Assembly (NCBI RefSeq): GCF_963921235.1
Contig: NC_086097.1
Coordinates: 116,376,001 to 116,440,000 of the forward strand
Direction: 5' to 3'
Length of the DNA stretch: 64,000 bases
DNA from: Mobula hypostoma
Lineage: Eukaryota
Position numbers and translations under genes: made by a program. Shown piece after piece: positions 11,526 to 23,424 of the stretch. The notes beneath the pieces are model-generated. The model did not search any database. It was given only the letters and a program-made list of their open reading frames with translations, and was not told where the DNA came from. The stretch's first letter is position 1; each line of letters opens with the position of its first letter.

Positions 11526-11650
11526 TCGAGAAGAGCGTTCCTGGGTCCCCCACTCCTTCATCCTGGATCCTTCCCTCATCCAGGATTTTCATCGGGACCA
11601 TCCAGACAGGCCAGGAGGATCGCCTGGAGACTCCCATTGAGGGGAGGTAC

Positions 11651-11998
11651 TGTCATGGTCCCTTCTGGCAATCCCCCACCTTGCCATTTGCCTCAAGATT
11701 TGGGCCTTGATCACCTCACTTAGATTCCAACCATTCCCAGGTACCACTAACTACACGCACCTGCTTCCCATCAAACAGCAGGATTAAAAACCCTTTGACC
11801 ACAGCAAGAAGCTGCCAGTTCATTGGTCAACACTTGTGAGAGTAAACCTTGTTTCCTATTCCTGAGGACTGTTAGTTCTAAGCTTTGCATTGTCTCCTGG
11901 ATATCGGCTCCCTGTTCGCAGTGGTGCTACGCCTAACGACTCTGCCTCAGCATCTGTGTCCTGCACTTGGGTTTGTCCCCAGCCACATCCTTGCAACA
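11651..11998 (+). repeat. 3' LTR (348 bp) of the Gypsy element
   Basis: TGTCA...CAACA termini, preceded by the PPT. Confidence 0.88.
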
Positions 11999-12688
11999 GT
12001 TTGTTTTGTCCCTTACCAGTCTTTTATCAATACACAATAGAATGCATCCTGTCTGGAGGGGTCACAGCTTGGCATTGCAACTGCTCTGCCTGTGACTACA
12101 AGAAACCAGAGTTGTGGGCACAGCTCAGCACATCATGGAAATCAGTGCCACCTCCATAAATGCTATCTACATTTCTCATAGCCTCAGTAAAACAGCCAGC
12201 ATTATCAAATTTTCTCCAGATGCTGGGCCTCCTCACGCCTCTCCCCTCCCCTTGGGCAGAAAGTACACAGGCTCAAAGACAGCTTCTATTGTGCTGTTGT
12301 AAAACTATTAAATTATTCCCTAGGATGATAATGTGGGTATTTAATCTAACAATCTACCTTGCATCTTACTGTCTACCTTCACTGCACTTTCTCTGTAACT
12401 GTAACACTTTAAACTCTGTTGCTGTTTCAGTTTGTACAACCTCAATGCATTGTTGCAACAAATTGGTCTGTATAAGCATTATCCCTGACAGTTGTTCACT
12501 GTACTTATGACCATAGTATACCAGTTTACCAGCTCATACGATGAAAAACTTATCTGCACATTTAAGATAAAGTAGAAAACTATGGTTATATTGGAGTTTT
12601 TCAAGGCCTTTGGGATTTGAAAATGTAGAAAGGATTATTGTAAATTCAGGCCTACATATAAGAAAGAGATTTATTGGATTCAAACTGT

Positions 12689-13710
12689 ACATAGAAACAT
12701 AGAAACATAGAAAATAGGTGCAGGAGTAGGCTATTCTGCCCTTCGAGCCTGCACCGCTATTTATTATGATCATGGCTGATCATCCAACTCAGAACCCGCC
12801 CCAGCCTTCCCTCCATACCCCCTGACCCCTGTAGCCACAAGGGCCATATCTAACTCCCTCTTAAACATAGCCAATGAACTGGCCTCAACTGTTTCCTGTG
12901 GCAGAGAATTCCACAGATTCACCACTCTCTGTGTGAAGAAGTTTTTCCTAATCTCGGTCCTAAAAGGCTTCCCCTCTATCCTCAAACTGTGACCCCTCGT
13001 TCTGGACTTCCCCAACATCGGGAACAATCTTCCTGCATCTAGCCTGTCCAATCCCTTTAGGATCTTATACGTTTCAATCAGATCCCCCCTCAATCTTCTA
13101 AATTCCAACGAGTACAAGCCCAGTTCATCCAGTCTTTCTTCATATGAAAGTCCTGCTATCCCAGGAATCAATCTGGTGAACCTTCTTTGTACTCCCTCTA
13201 TGGCAAAGATGTCTTTCCTCAGATTAGGGGACCAAAACTGCACACGATACTCCAGGTGTGGTCTCACCAAGGCCTTGTACAACTGCAGTAGTACCTCCCT
13301 GCTCCTGTACTCGAATCCTCTCGCTATAAATGCCAGCATGCCATTCACCTTTTTCACCGCCTGCTGTACCTGCATGCCCACTTTCAATGACTGGTGTATA
13401 ATGACACCCAGGTCTCGTTGCACCTCCCCTTTTCCTAATGGGCCACCATTCAGATAATAATCTGTTTTCCTATTTTTGCCACCAAAGTGGATAACTTCAC
13501 ATTTATCCACATTAAATTGCATCTGCCATGAGTTTGCCCACTCACCCAACCTATCCAAGCCACCCTGCATCCTCTTAGCATCCTCCTCACAGCTAACACT
13601 GCCGCCCAGCTTCGTGTCATCCGCAAACTTGGAGATGCTGCATTTAATTCCCTCATCCAAGTCATTAATATATATTGTAATCAATTGGGGTCCCAGCACT
13701 GAGCCTTGCG
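12689..13710 (-). mobile_element. Young 5'-truncated CR1 (HER1-like) LINE
   Basis: Uninterrupted RT C-terminal ORF 12770-13759 (PQGSVLGP..KFADDTKLGG..LVRPHLEY..FFTQRVVNLWN) and (CTATGTTT)n tail. Confidence 0.95.
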
Positions 13711-13943
13711 GTTCTGGAATTGATCTTGGTGTACTTGTTCTCAAGTCACCTGATTTCAAAGTTTAAAATAATTACCATTCTTTATCTTGTCGGGATGATT
13801 CAGTTTGAAACCAGCTAATTTTTCTGGAATCATCTTGATCTTGAAAAGATACAATTAATTCAAAAGCAATCAATAAGGCATCTAAACTTTTATAGCAGAG
13901 GAAAGAAATTCATTTCATTAAGTATTAACCAGGGACTTCATTT

Positions 13944-14365
13944 ACTCAGTGGGCATTTTATCAGGTACACCCCTATACCAGCTTATTAATGCAAATATCT
14001 AATCAGCCGATCATGTGGCATGCAGAGATGGTCAAGATATTCAGTCATTGTTCAAACCAAACATCAACAGGTGGAAGAAATGTGATCTAAGTGACATTGA
14101 CCCTGGAGGGATTGTTGGTGCCAGATGAGGTGGTTTGAATTATCTCAGAAACTCATAATCTTTTGGGATTTTCATACACAGTTCTGTGGGCAAAATGCCT
14201 TTTTAATGAGAGAGGTCAGAGAAGAATGGCCAGACTCATTCAAACTGACATGAAGGTGACAGTAGCTCAAATAACCATGTGTTACAACAGTGGTGAGTGG
14301 AAGAGCATTTCTGAACACAGCATGTCAAAGCTTGAAGTGGATTTGGCATATCAACAAATACACTT
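13944..14365 (+). mobile_element. Tc1-like non-autonomous remnant
   Basis: TIR-like ACTCAGTGGGCATTTTATCAGGTAC; peptide ERGQRRMARLIQTD.KVTVAQIT..YN; same family as 3905-5064. Confidence 0.7.
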
Positions 14366-14925
14366 AAAAACTTCTAAAATTGTACCGTGGAGAGCATTCT
14401 GACGGGCTGTATCACTGTCTAGTATGGAGGGGCTACTGCACAGGACCAAAAGAAGCTGCAGAAGGTTGTCAATCTAGTCAGCTCCATCTTGGGCACTAGC
14501 CTGCAAAGTACCCAGGACATCTTTAGAGAGCAGTGTCTCAGAAAGGCAACATCCTTTAAGGACCTCCAGCACCCAGGGCATACCCTTTACTCACTGTTGC
14601 CATCAGGTAGAAGGTACAGAAGTCTGAAGGCACACACTCAGAGATTCAGGAACAGCTTCTTCCCCTCTGCCATCCGATTCCAAAATGGACATTGAAGCTT
14701 TGGACACTACCTCATTTTTTTGAATATACAGTATTTCTGTTTTTGCACATTTTAAAAACGTATTTAATATACATAATTGATTTACTTGTTTATTTTTTTA
14801 TGTTTTATTTTATTATTTATTATTTTTTTCTCCCTCTGCTAGATTATGTATTGCATTGAACTGCTGCTGCTAAATTAACAAATTTCACGTCACATGCCGG
14901 TGATAATAAACCTGATTCTGATTTC
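14366..14925 (+). mobile_element. Rex1/Babar 3' fragment
   Basis: HPGH.L.SLLPSGRRYRSLKAHTQRFRNSFFPSAIR; AATAAACCTGATTCTGATT tail. Confidence 0.85.
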
Positions 14926-15057
14926 TGAACAGTTTAATGCTCTTCTGAGTAACATAATTGACCTAAGCACCAATGCATTGATCTTCAAACGGAATCACTA
15001 TTGAATCAACATGCTGTCTATTAAAATTATGAAATTTGTTTTTTACAATGATAAATA

Positions 15058-15195
15058 GTAGTCCCAAAGAAGTGTCTTGGCCCAAAATTTCGACTATTCA
15101 TTCTTTCCCATAGATGCTGCCTGACCTGCTGAGTTTCTCCATCATTTTGCGTGTGTTGCCTTTGGATTTCTAGCATCTGCAGACCTTCTCGTGTT
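15058..15195 (+). mobile_element. PLE pLTR end fragment with decayed hammerhead motif
   Basis: AGATGCTGCCTGACCTGCTGAGTT...CATCTGCAGA; degenerate HHR core. Confidence 0.7.
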
Positions 15196-15289
15196 GAAAA
15201 TAACAGGGAAGTCTGGAAGTTGCCATTGCCTTCACTAAATATAACACATTTCAAATTAGCCAACATGGCAATCTGAACACACCCCACCA

Positions 15290-15745
15290 TTACAACATAC
15301 AGTAGAACTGTACAACACAGGAACAGGCCCTTTGGTCCATGATGTTGTGCCGAGCCAATTAAATTGGAAATCAAATTCTCAACTAAATTTATCTCTTCTA
15401 CCTACACAATGCCCATAACCTTCCATTTTCCTCCTGTTCATGTGCCTTCCTAAATGTCTCTGAAAAGTTCCTTATGTTTCTGGCTCTGTCATCACATCAG
15501 ACAGTGCCTTCCAGGCACCCGCCCCTTTTAGTGTAAAACAATTTTCTCCTTTGATATTATACCCTCTCACCTGTAATGCATGCCCTCTGGTATTAGGCAT
15601 TTCAACACCAGGGAAAGGTTACTGTCTGTCAACTCAACCTATTCCTCTCATAATTTTATAAACCTTAATCAGATCTCCCCTCAGCCTCCGCTGCTCCAGA
15701 GAAAACAGCCCAAAATTGTTCAAGCTCTCATGATAGCACATCGTT
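15290..15745 (-). mobile_element. Degraded CR1 3' fragment
   Basis: TAAACCTTAATCAGATCTCCCCTCAGCCTCC...CAAGCTCTC is the reverse of the CR1 RRLRGDLI region. Confidence 0.65.
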
Positions 15746-17167
15746 TAGACTAAAGACTAGAAGTGTGACTCATTCCACATGAGTCACAGTATGTTTTCAT
15801 GATCCCCTGTGAGAGGAGCAGAAGCATGAACTAACAGAAAACAGAATGCACGCTGATGAGGTGATATGTCCAGGAAAAGGTTCGCGTGGCTCAAAAAACT
15901 GAAAGCATTTTTTGTCAGTTCAAAACTTTCTTTTTCCAGTAAAATTGATGAAGCAACCAGGATTGGATTAAATTATTGACGTTAGAAAAATTTAATCAAA
16001 ATCTACCAACTTAAATGCGTTCCCCACAAATTTAAAATTATTCACATGCTGGCTAAAGTTATAGGGAATACCAAAGCAACTTTCACCCATGCATAAAAAT
16101 TTTGCTGTGTGTATTTCCTATGCAAAATAGAAGAGATATTCTCATATTTTAACAGAAAAAAGGTAGAGATTTTTACAACAGGATAGATCAAGGTAGTTGA
16201 ACAATCATGATGAGATGGGTTAGACTGAGCTCAGTGTTTCATGCTGTTACATCTTATAGGATACCCATGGTTTCATTTCCCTTTTGCAGTCACCTGGCTC
16301 CCAGTGCCCTGCCAGCTTCACTATTGTGGTTGTCCAGCAAGATGGAGCATTAACTTGCCTCAGAAATTGAGGTCCCTCATGTTCACCACTCTTTTAACCT
16401 CTTTATAGTTCAAGTTGAATTTCATTGTTTCTTATTTAATCCGGACATTAGAGACATTTTGGAAACTGTTAAACCAGCTAGAAGTATTAAAATAGCTTTA
16501 ATAATTAAAAATAATAAGATTGTTATATTCAAAAAAGGAATCAAACTTTGTAAGTTTTATTCCATATCCATTCTTTTACCCCTAACTTTATTGGCTTTTA
16601 TTTATATATAATTCTTTATATTCTTATTCTTTATAATTGTTAGATATAATTGTTTTTTTGATGCATGCCATGCTCTGATTGACATAACACAGGAAGTTAC
16701 TAATACATGTAAATATATATGGCAAGTAAAGTTGATCCTTAAAGTATGTAAATTAATGCATCAACCTTAATTAAAATAAAGTCAAAAACAAACCACTTCC
16801 CTTATCAGCGAAAGTTCAAATGAATAGGTTTGAACTGATTTGACCAGTTTTTGATGGTGTAAAGTTGATATTTGAAATACCTGGCCCCTCAATCAAAAAT
16901 GTTATGGAATTCCCAGGGACTCGATGCTGAATCCAAAGTCAGAGCAGGAGGTCAGATGTGCTCACATTCTGCTTGCATGTCCTGTCCATTGAGGAACTCT
17001 AGAACCTGCTGACACTTGCTAATTGCTGTTTTTCTCCAGAACACTAGGGCAAGGAGATTTTCTAAATCAATCAACGTTTAAGTGCCGTAGCTGTTCTAAA
17101 ACTGATTTTAAAGGGAAATGTAAGTAAAGGGTTAATTATGTCAGCTTCTAGTCCACAATGATAGTAC

Positions 17168-17199
17168 CTTCACTGCTTTTCTTCTGCAGCTTTTTAATT
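17168..17199 (-). CDS. Tentative 32-nt exon (KLKSCRRKAVK)
   Basis: tttctccatttacAG acceptor and AAG|GTACTA donor; phase-compatible with 31727. Confidence 0.22.
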
Positions 17200-17638
17200 C
17201 TGTAAATGGAGAAACATGATTCAAGTTAAAGTAGTGACAACAGAAACTTTGAACTGAGACCACCTTGGCAGAAGGAACCATCTTTTCAATAAGGGAACAT
17301 GATTAAGAACATAATAGAACATACGTTGTTCCTGAGCAACAGTGGTTGTAATCAATGCCACCAAGTAAATAAAATATCCTCTGGGTAAACATCATTTGTT
17401 TCCAATAGGATGCTGTTGGATCCAAAGAATTAAACGTCAACAGATGGTGCAAAATCAGTGGTATATTTATGATTAAAATGAAAAAGCAACTATTTATTTT
17501 CAAGGAAATAATTTGATAAAATACCAAATCATTCCATCCATATTAGACTAGTAGTGCAAACACTTGAATTGAGTATGATGTTCGCCTAAAGGATTGTCTA
17601 TTGGAGAGTCCTCAGAAGCCCGATCCAAAATACACATA

Positions 17639-18070
17639 CAGTACCGTGCAAAGGTCTTAGACACACTGGATTTTTTATTTGGTTTCAGATGGTATGGCCT
17701 CTGCAGATTCCTGATCTCAATGTCATCAAGGCTGTCAGGAATTATCTGGAAAGGCAGAAGCAAAGAAGGCAGCCAAAGTCTGTAGAAGCAAGTTCTCCAG
17801 GATATTTGGAACAACCTATCGACCGATTTTCCTATAAAACAACATGGCAATGCACCTACGAGGCGTGATACGGTTTGAAAGGCAAAGGGTGGTCACACCA
17901 AATATTGACTTAAAATAGTATATTTACTGTTTATAGTATTTTTTTCAATATTTAAACAATTTTCAATTCATTATTTTTGAAAATGTTTATTTTACAGATT
18001 TTTAAAATGTATGCAATTTTTCTGAAAAAATTGCTTTACAGAATTTAAAAAATATATTTGCACAGTACTG
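17639..18070 (+). mobile_element. Non-autonomous Tc1 element
   Basis: TIRs CAGTACCGTGCAAA / TTTGCACAGTACTG with TA on both sides; internal W-P-..-PDLN-like transposase C-terminal remnant. Confidence 0.85.
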
Positions 18071-18074
18071 TATT

Positions 18075-18395
18075 CTAGTGTAGTGTGGGCACCAGTAAGT
18101 GGGGGTTGAGGCTACTGGTTGGATCTTTCAGTTTATCAGTCTCTACTTCCACAGCTTTGCTTTGTTCTCCGTGGCACAACAGAGGTTCTTCTTCTGTACA
18201 CAGCTCAGGTATCCTCCATGTAAATCTATTAAGTGCAATGTCATCCCAGTATTTAGATGTAATGTTGAACTTGTTCAGGCTGATTTTGATGTTATCTTTG
18301 AAGCATTTCCTTTGCCCACCAGGGACTTGCTGACCTTCCTTCCACTGGGAGTAAAGGATTGTAAAGGGAGATGTGAGTTTGGCATCCAGATGACA
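18075..18395 (-). mobile_element. RTE-clade LINE 3' fragment
   Basis: ILYSQ.KEG...GGQRKCFKDNIKISL..FNI....W..IA.NR..WR. Confidence 0.75.
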
Positions 18396-18929
18396 TGACA
18401 TTGTTAGACTAAAATAAATATTATCCATAGTTAAAAAAGAACTTGATGGAATAAATTCAATTAGATTCTGCTTATTCAGTGAGCGTGTTTTTTTTTTAAT
18501 AGTTGTGCGATTATGCATGCAGTTTCTTGTGGAACTGCATTGAGAGAAATGTATAAAAGAGACAAGAAGAATTGCAAGGATTCATCAAGTTTGCAGTTCA
18601 TTACTTTCAGAACCTTTGAAAGATTTATTTGTAAACAGACAACACATAGAAAATCAGAGCATTTTAAGACAGAGTGGTTATTAAGCTGCCATTCAATCCT
18701 TAGCAATTAATTCCAGCATTTTCCAAATGACACCAGTTCAGCCAGCTGACCAATAGTTTTCTAATTTCTGTCTCTTCCATTTTCTTGAATAATAGCGTTA
18801 CATCTGTTCTTCTTCAGCCTTCTGAGAATGCTACACAATCCATGAGTTTAAAATTAATTTACCCACGACATTGTAGCTACTTCCTCAGAGAGCCAAAGGT
18901 GCAGGTCATCATATTCAGGGGCATGTTCA

Positions 18930-20065
18930 CCATGAGGGTCTGTAAGCACCGCCAGGTTTAGGAACAGTTACTACCCCTCAACCATCAGGCTTTTGAACCA
19001 AAGGAGATAAGTTCACTCAACTTCACTTGCCCCATCACTGAACTGTTCCCACAGCTCTGTTTCTATCTTTAATATCTCTATTTGTCCCTTTCAGGGTTCT
19101 TTTGATGACCCTGACCTGTTGTTTCATGCTGACTTCAGTTCTTTGCGGGAATGGGACCCGCTCTTGGGGTCTCACGACTGGCCGCTATTCAATATACCAA
19201 GAACGCAGCCTAGAAGACTAGTGCAACTTCAGAGGTCCCAGATCTCGTAGCTTTGAAGACAGATGGATTGGAGGTCAGTTCCTCCACAGGAGATTGGTGT
19301 GTCATTGGAGATGGAAAATCTCTGGCTGTGTGCCCAGGGACCTGAGGCACAGAGCAGAGAAAAAGCGACGCAACAGACTTTTAACACCATAAATCGGCAA
19401 GTTGTTTTGTTATGTCTCCCCTCTCACTGTGAAACAGGGACACCTCTTTTTCCCTTATTAAGGAGAGATAGAGCCTGCGGTATGTTGAATACCAGGTGAA
19501 AAAGTAGTCTTTGTGGTACTGCAAGTCTGTGTCGTTATCAATGCTTTACTACATGCTTGAGTGCTCAGTGGTGGGTGCTGATGCATTCTTTTGCTGGTGG
19601 GGGAGGGGAGATCATTGCTTTGCTGCTGCTTATGTGTGGGAGGGGGGAGCTGGGGGTTCTAACATTCTAACCGTCATTCATTCTTTGGGGGACTCCTCTG
19701 TTTTCGTGGATAGTTGTGAAGAAAAAGAATTTCAGGATGTATATCGTATACATTTCTCTGACATTAAATATACCTTTGAAATCTTTGAAAACGTTGAACC
19801 TAAGAACTCACTTTCAAGGGCTCTTTATCTCATGTTCTTGATATTTATTACTTATTTATTTATATTATTGTTTATTCTTTTTGCATTTGCATAGTTTGTT
19901 GTCTTCTGCACTCTGGTTGAAAACCCTAACTTGGTGGTCGTTCATCGATTCTGCTGCAGCTGCTGGTCTATAGACTTGTTGAGTATGCCTACAAGGAAAT
20001 GAATCTCTGGGTTCTATATGATGACATCTGTATACTTTGATGATAAAATGTTACTACTCTGAACT
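18930..20065 (+). mobile_element. Rex1/Babar 3' end interrupted by family B element
   Basis: AGGAACAGTTACTACCCCTCAACCATCAGGC...GTTCCCACA then ACTCACTTTCAAGG after the insertion; same tail as 3410-3560. Confidence 0.7.
19054..19797 (+). mobile_element. Non-autonomous retroposon (family B), copy 1
   Basis: Colinear with 61150-61812; ends ATTAAA...(CTTTGAAA)n. Confidence 0.75.
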
Positions 20066-20789
20066 TTGTAGTTGGCTTGTTGTTTTTTTCAGCTTGTGCT
20101 ACAGATTGTTTTTATATTATTCTTTCTTACCCTCCTCCCTTCCCCTTCATAATAATTATTATCGGGTTGTCCTTAGTGTCTTAAAGTGTGAAGTCCAATC
20201 CAGAATAGTTCTGTAGTATCTCTGCCATTTTTCTATTTCCAACTATTACCGTAACAGTCTCATTCATCATTATCTGTTACTTCAGCTATGCTCTTTCTTT
20301 TCATATCCCTGTGGAATCTTTTACTATCTTCTTTTATAGTATTTGTTAGGTTCCTCTCATTCTTTGTCTTCTTCATGTCTAACATTTTTAGTTACTATTT
20401 GTTGATTTCTAAAATAGTCCCAATACTTTGTTCCACCACTAATCGTCGTACCTTTGCAGGCTTTTTCTTAGAATGTAATGTCAACCTTAAATTCCGTAGT
20501 TAGGCACCGATGATTCATGCTTCACCAATGAGCTTCCACTCTCATAGGAATATGCCTTTACTCTGATTCATAAAACATCTTCTTAAATGTCAGCCATTCT
20601 CTTGTATATGATTTCCCAAATCACTTTCACTGAATCTTCTCTCATAACATTTTAAGTAAATTTATTTTAATTTAGTTTCACAACTCATCTTCTCAACTTC
20701 ATATACCTGAATTAGTACTGTGCTATGATCACTCTTTGCTGTAAGAAGCTTTCATGTGAGATCATGAATTAACCTGCCTTATTACACAA

Positions 20790-21215
20790 CTTATTTACTT
20801 ACTGCCTGTAACGTTGCTGGTGTTTAGGGCAGCAATGAAGGTCCTCCATCACTGGTGGTGTTCAGGGCTTCCTTCGTCATGTCAGTAGCTCCTTCTCCTT
20901 TTTCACTACTGTCAGTCATGCGAATCCCAGGGGGAGACTCAGGAATACTATCGCACTCAGATATTGAAGGATTCTTCATGATGTTTCCTTAACAATTTTG
21001 TTTTACAAGTCAGGGCTGTTAGCCCTGAACTGAACCCCAAACCTGGAGGAGTGGTAAACCACTCTTAGTCTGCCCTCTACCCTTTGACCTATTTGGCATG
21101 GCTGACCCTACCAAGAGCTGAAGCAAAATGCAATGACTCCAGCCAACATAGCTTTCTGGGTCATCGAGGCATGCAGGCCTCCCAAACCAATGATAAGGTT
21201 GTGATCATCTAAGAG
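20790..21215 (-). mobile_element. RTE-derived non-autonomous element (5' UTR fused to (TAAG)n 3' end)
   Basis: Minus strand: GCCTCGATGACCCAG..AGCTATG..TGGTAGGGTC..CCATGCC..GGTCAAAGGG..CAGACTAAGAG..GGGCTAACA; tail TAAGTAA. Confidence 0.6.
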
Positions 21216-21469
21216 ATTATTACACAACATTGAAATTATAATTCCCTAATGCCATCCTGGATGCAGTCCATAAATTTTATTGTTTCAGTGGAACTGCACA
21301 AGAAGTGTAGGAGAATATAACTGGCATTGTTGTCACCTTCATTCAGGTATGAAGAATGTTATCATTGCTGCTGTGATAGGCCAATATGCACCTGCGGATT
21401 TGTACTCATCAAGCAACCAGCAAAAATGTTTGGGCATGTGCAGCTATTGCTTGCAGAAGTTGGCAAATT

Positions 21470-22510
21470 AGAAGAGTATTTGGTAATTAGTTTATTATTG
21501 TCAAATCTACCAAGGTGCGCTGAAAATCTTCATTTTACATGCCTTCTATACTGATTATTTTTTTCACACCAGCATGTTGAGGTAGTTCAAATGGAAAAAC
21601 AAAATTAAATGTGGCGTCTAGATAAAAAGGGACAGTACAGGCAGGCAATCAGGTGGAAGGCCATGATCATGTAGATTGTGAAGTCAAGAATCTATCTTAT
21701 CATATTAGGATACTCTTCAATAGTGGCATGAAAACTGTAAAAACAGAAGATTCTACAGAATCTGGAAATCCGGAGTAAGAGACACAAAATGCTGGAGAAA
21801 CTCCGCAGGTCAGGGAGCATCTGTGGAAAGGAATAGAGAGTCGATCTTTATTGGGGTCTCGGCCCAAAAGATCAACTCTTTATTCTCTCCTGTCGAAGCT
21901 GCCTGACCTGCTGGAATGAAAGTGCTGGTGGTACGCCATTTCAGGCTTTTGGTTCTTCTGCCCAATGGGAACAGGAGCAGAAAGAATGACCGGGTGGGAG
22001 GAGTCTTTGGGAATGCTGGCTGCTGCAGACAAGCAGCACAAAATGTGGACAGAGCCGATGGAAGGGAGGTCGGTTTTTGTGATGAACTGCGTCCACAACT
22101 CTGCGGTTTCTTCCAGTCTTGCACAGAGCAATTGCTATACCAAGCTGTAATGTATCAAGTGATGGTTAATGGGAACATACTGAACTTCTTAAGCTTCTTG
22201 AGGAAGTAAAGGTGCTGGAGAGCTTGATTCGACATGCCATCCATGTAGTTGGACCGGGACAGCCTATTGTTGATTTTCCCTCCGAGGAATTTGAACTCCC
22301 AACACTTTCCACTTCAGAACCATTGATGCGAACAGGAGCATCTGTACCATATCCCTTCCTGTAGTCAATGACTAGCTCTTTTGTTTTGTTGATATTGAGG
22401 ATAAGGTTGTTGCTATGACATCACGCCAATATGCTCTCTAACTCGCTCTGCTAGTTCGACTCAAATTTATTTGAGATTTGGCTCTCTACAATGTTGTCAT
22501 CTGCAAATGT
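21470..22510 (-). mobile_element. Rex1/Babar remnant with a PLE pLTR fragment inserted at ~21745-21915
   Basis: Reverse KFADD, LVIDYRK and FLRKLKKF motifs; PLE CAAAATGCTGGAG..GCAGGTCAGG segment with a short inverted part. Confidence 0.7.
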
Positions 22511-22914
22511 CAATTAGTGTAAAAAGGTTGTCCCTAGTGCTATCAAACTGGAGTACAAAACTGTAACTATTGGTTTCTTTCAATTATGCATAAGTAGAGA
22601 TGCGATCAGCTGCAGTGCTTTATAAATGCTGATCTCCCATTTGCTCATTGAATTTTTAATGGTCTGTAACTGCAGTTCTATAAGGATTTGGTGCTTTGTT
22701 ATGGTCAACTGGGAGTGATGATTAAAGATTTTGTCTTGACTTCAAGGTTTCTGTATGAAACAGTTATTCCAGAAACTGGCGAATTCTGTGACTAATTTCT
22801 CCTGTCATTGTACCTCCAACATTCTTCTAGAACACTGCTACTTGGTGTAAAAATTCTTTGCATATCACCCCTGCACAACAACCTCTCCCCATAAGCCAAT
22901 ATCTTAGATATAAT

Positions 22915-23400
22915 CCTGGTTAGACCATGCTTGGAATATTAATTTTAGTTATGGATGCTTCATTATAGGAAGGATGTGGAAGCATTTGCGAGGGTGCAGA
23001 GGAGATTTACCAAGTTTCTGTCTGGATTGGAGAGCACGTCTTATGAGGACAGGTTGAGCAAGCCAGGAGTTCTCTCTTTAGACAGAAGGAGGATAAGCAG
23101 TGACCTCAAAGAGGCATAAAAGATGATAAGAGGCATGGATCGAATGGATAGCAAGAGAAACTTCCCAGTGTGGAATTTGCTAATAAGATGGGACATAATT
23201 TTAAGGTGATTGGAGGGAATTAGGATGGATGTCACAACTGCATTTTATACACAGAGAGTGGTATGTGGGTGAAATGTGCTGGCAAGGGTAGTGGTAGAAG
23301 TTGATGCAGTAGGAATATTTAAGAAAAAGTGACTGGACTGGATACGACATTAGACAATATGGTCCATCATATTTGCTCCACCAATTAATCATGGTTGGCT
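22915..23400 (+). mobile_element. Degraded CR1 3' fragment
   Basis: VRP.LEY, RVQRRFT and Y.DRL..GVLSL motifs. Confidence 0.75.
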
Positions 23401-23424
23401 TATTATTCCCTTCAACCCTATTAG

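Larger units (their letters stand above)
8632..11998 (+). mobile_element. Young, internally deleted Ty3/Gypsy chromovirus (sushi-like) LTR retrotransposon
   Basis: Protease region (VGYPWLTQHNPHIDW), RT ([39 protein letters not shown]), integrase ([36 protein letters not shown]-like region), chromodomain end ([19 protein letters not shown]); PPT GAGGGGAGGTAC before the 3' LTR; CpG-rich. Confidence 0.95.
8030..12480 (+). mobile_element. Rex1/Babar remnant split by the Gypsy insertion (8030-8631 and 11999-12480)
   Basis: [23 protein letters not shown] and LVIDFRKG before the Gypsy; ESILSG..TAW.GNCSA-type sequence resumes after 11999. Confidence 0.75.

Noticed and set aside
12770..13759. 329-aa ORF as a domesticated RT
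   Set aside because: 5'-truncated young CR1 with a near-identical sibling at 62207-62910; the open frame reflects youth
16878..17000. Minus-strand frame ..STSDLLL*LWIQHRVPGNSITFLIEGP as a selenocysteine or pseudo-exon
   Set aside because: Poor acceptor, no recognisable homology and no SECIS identified
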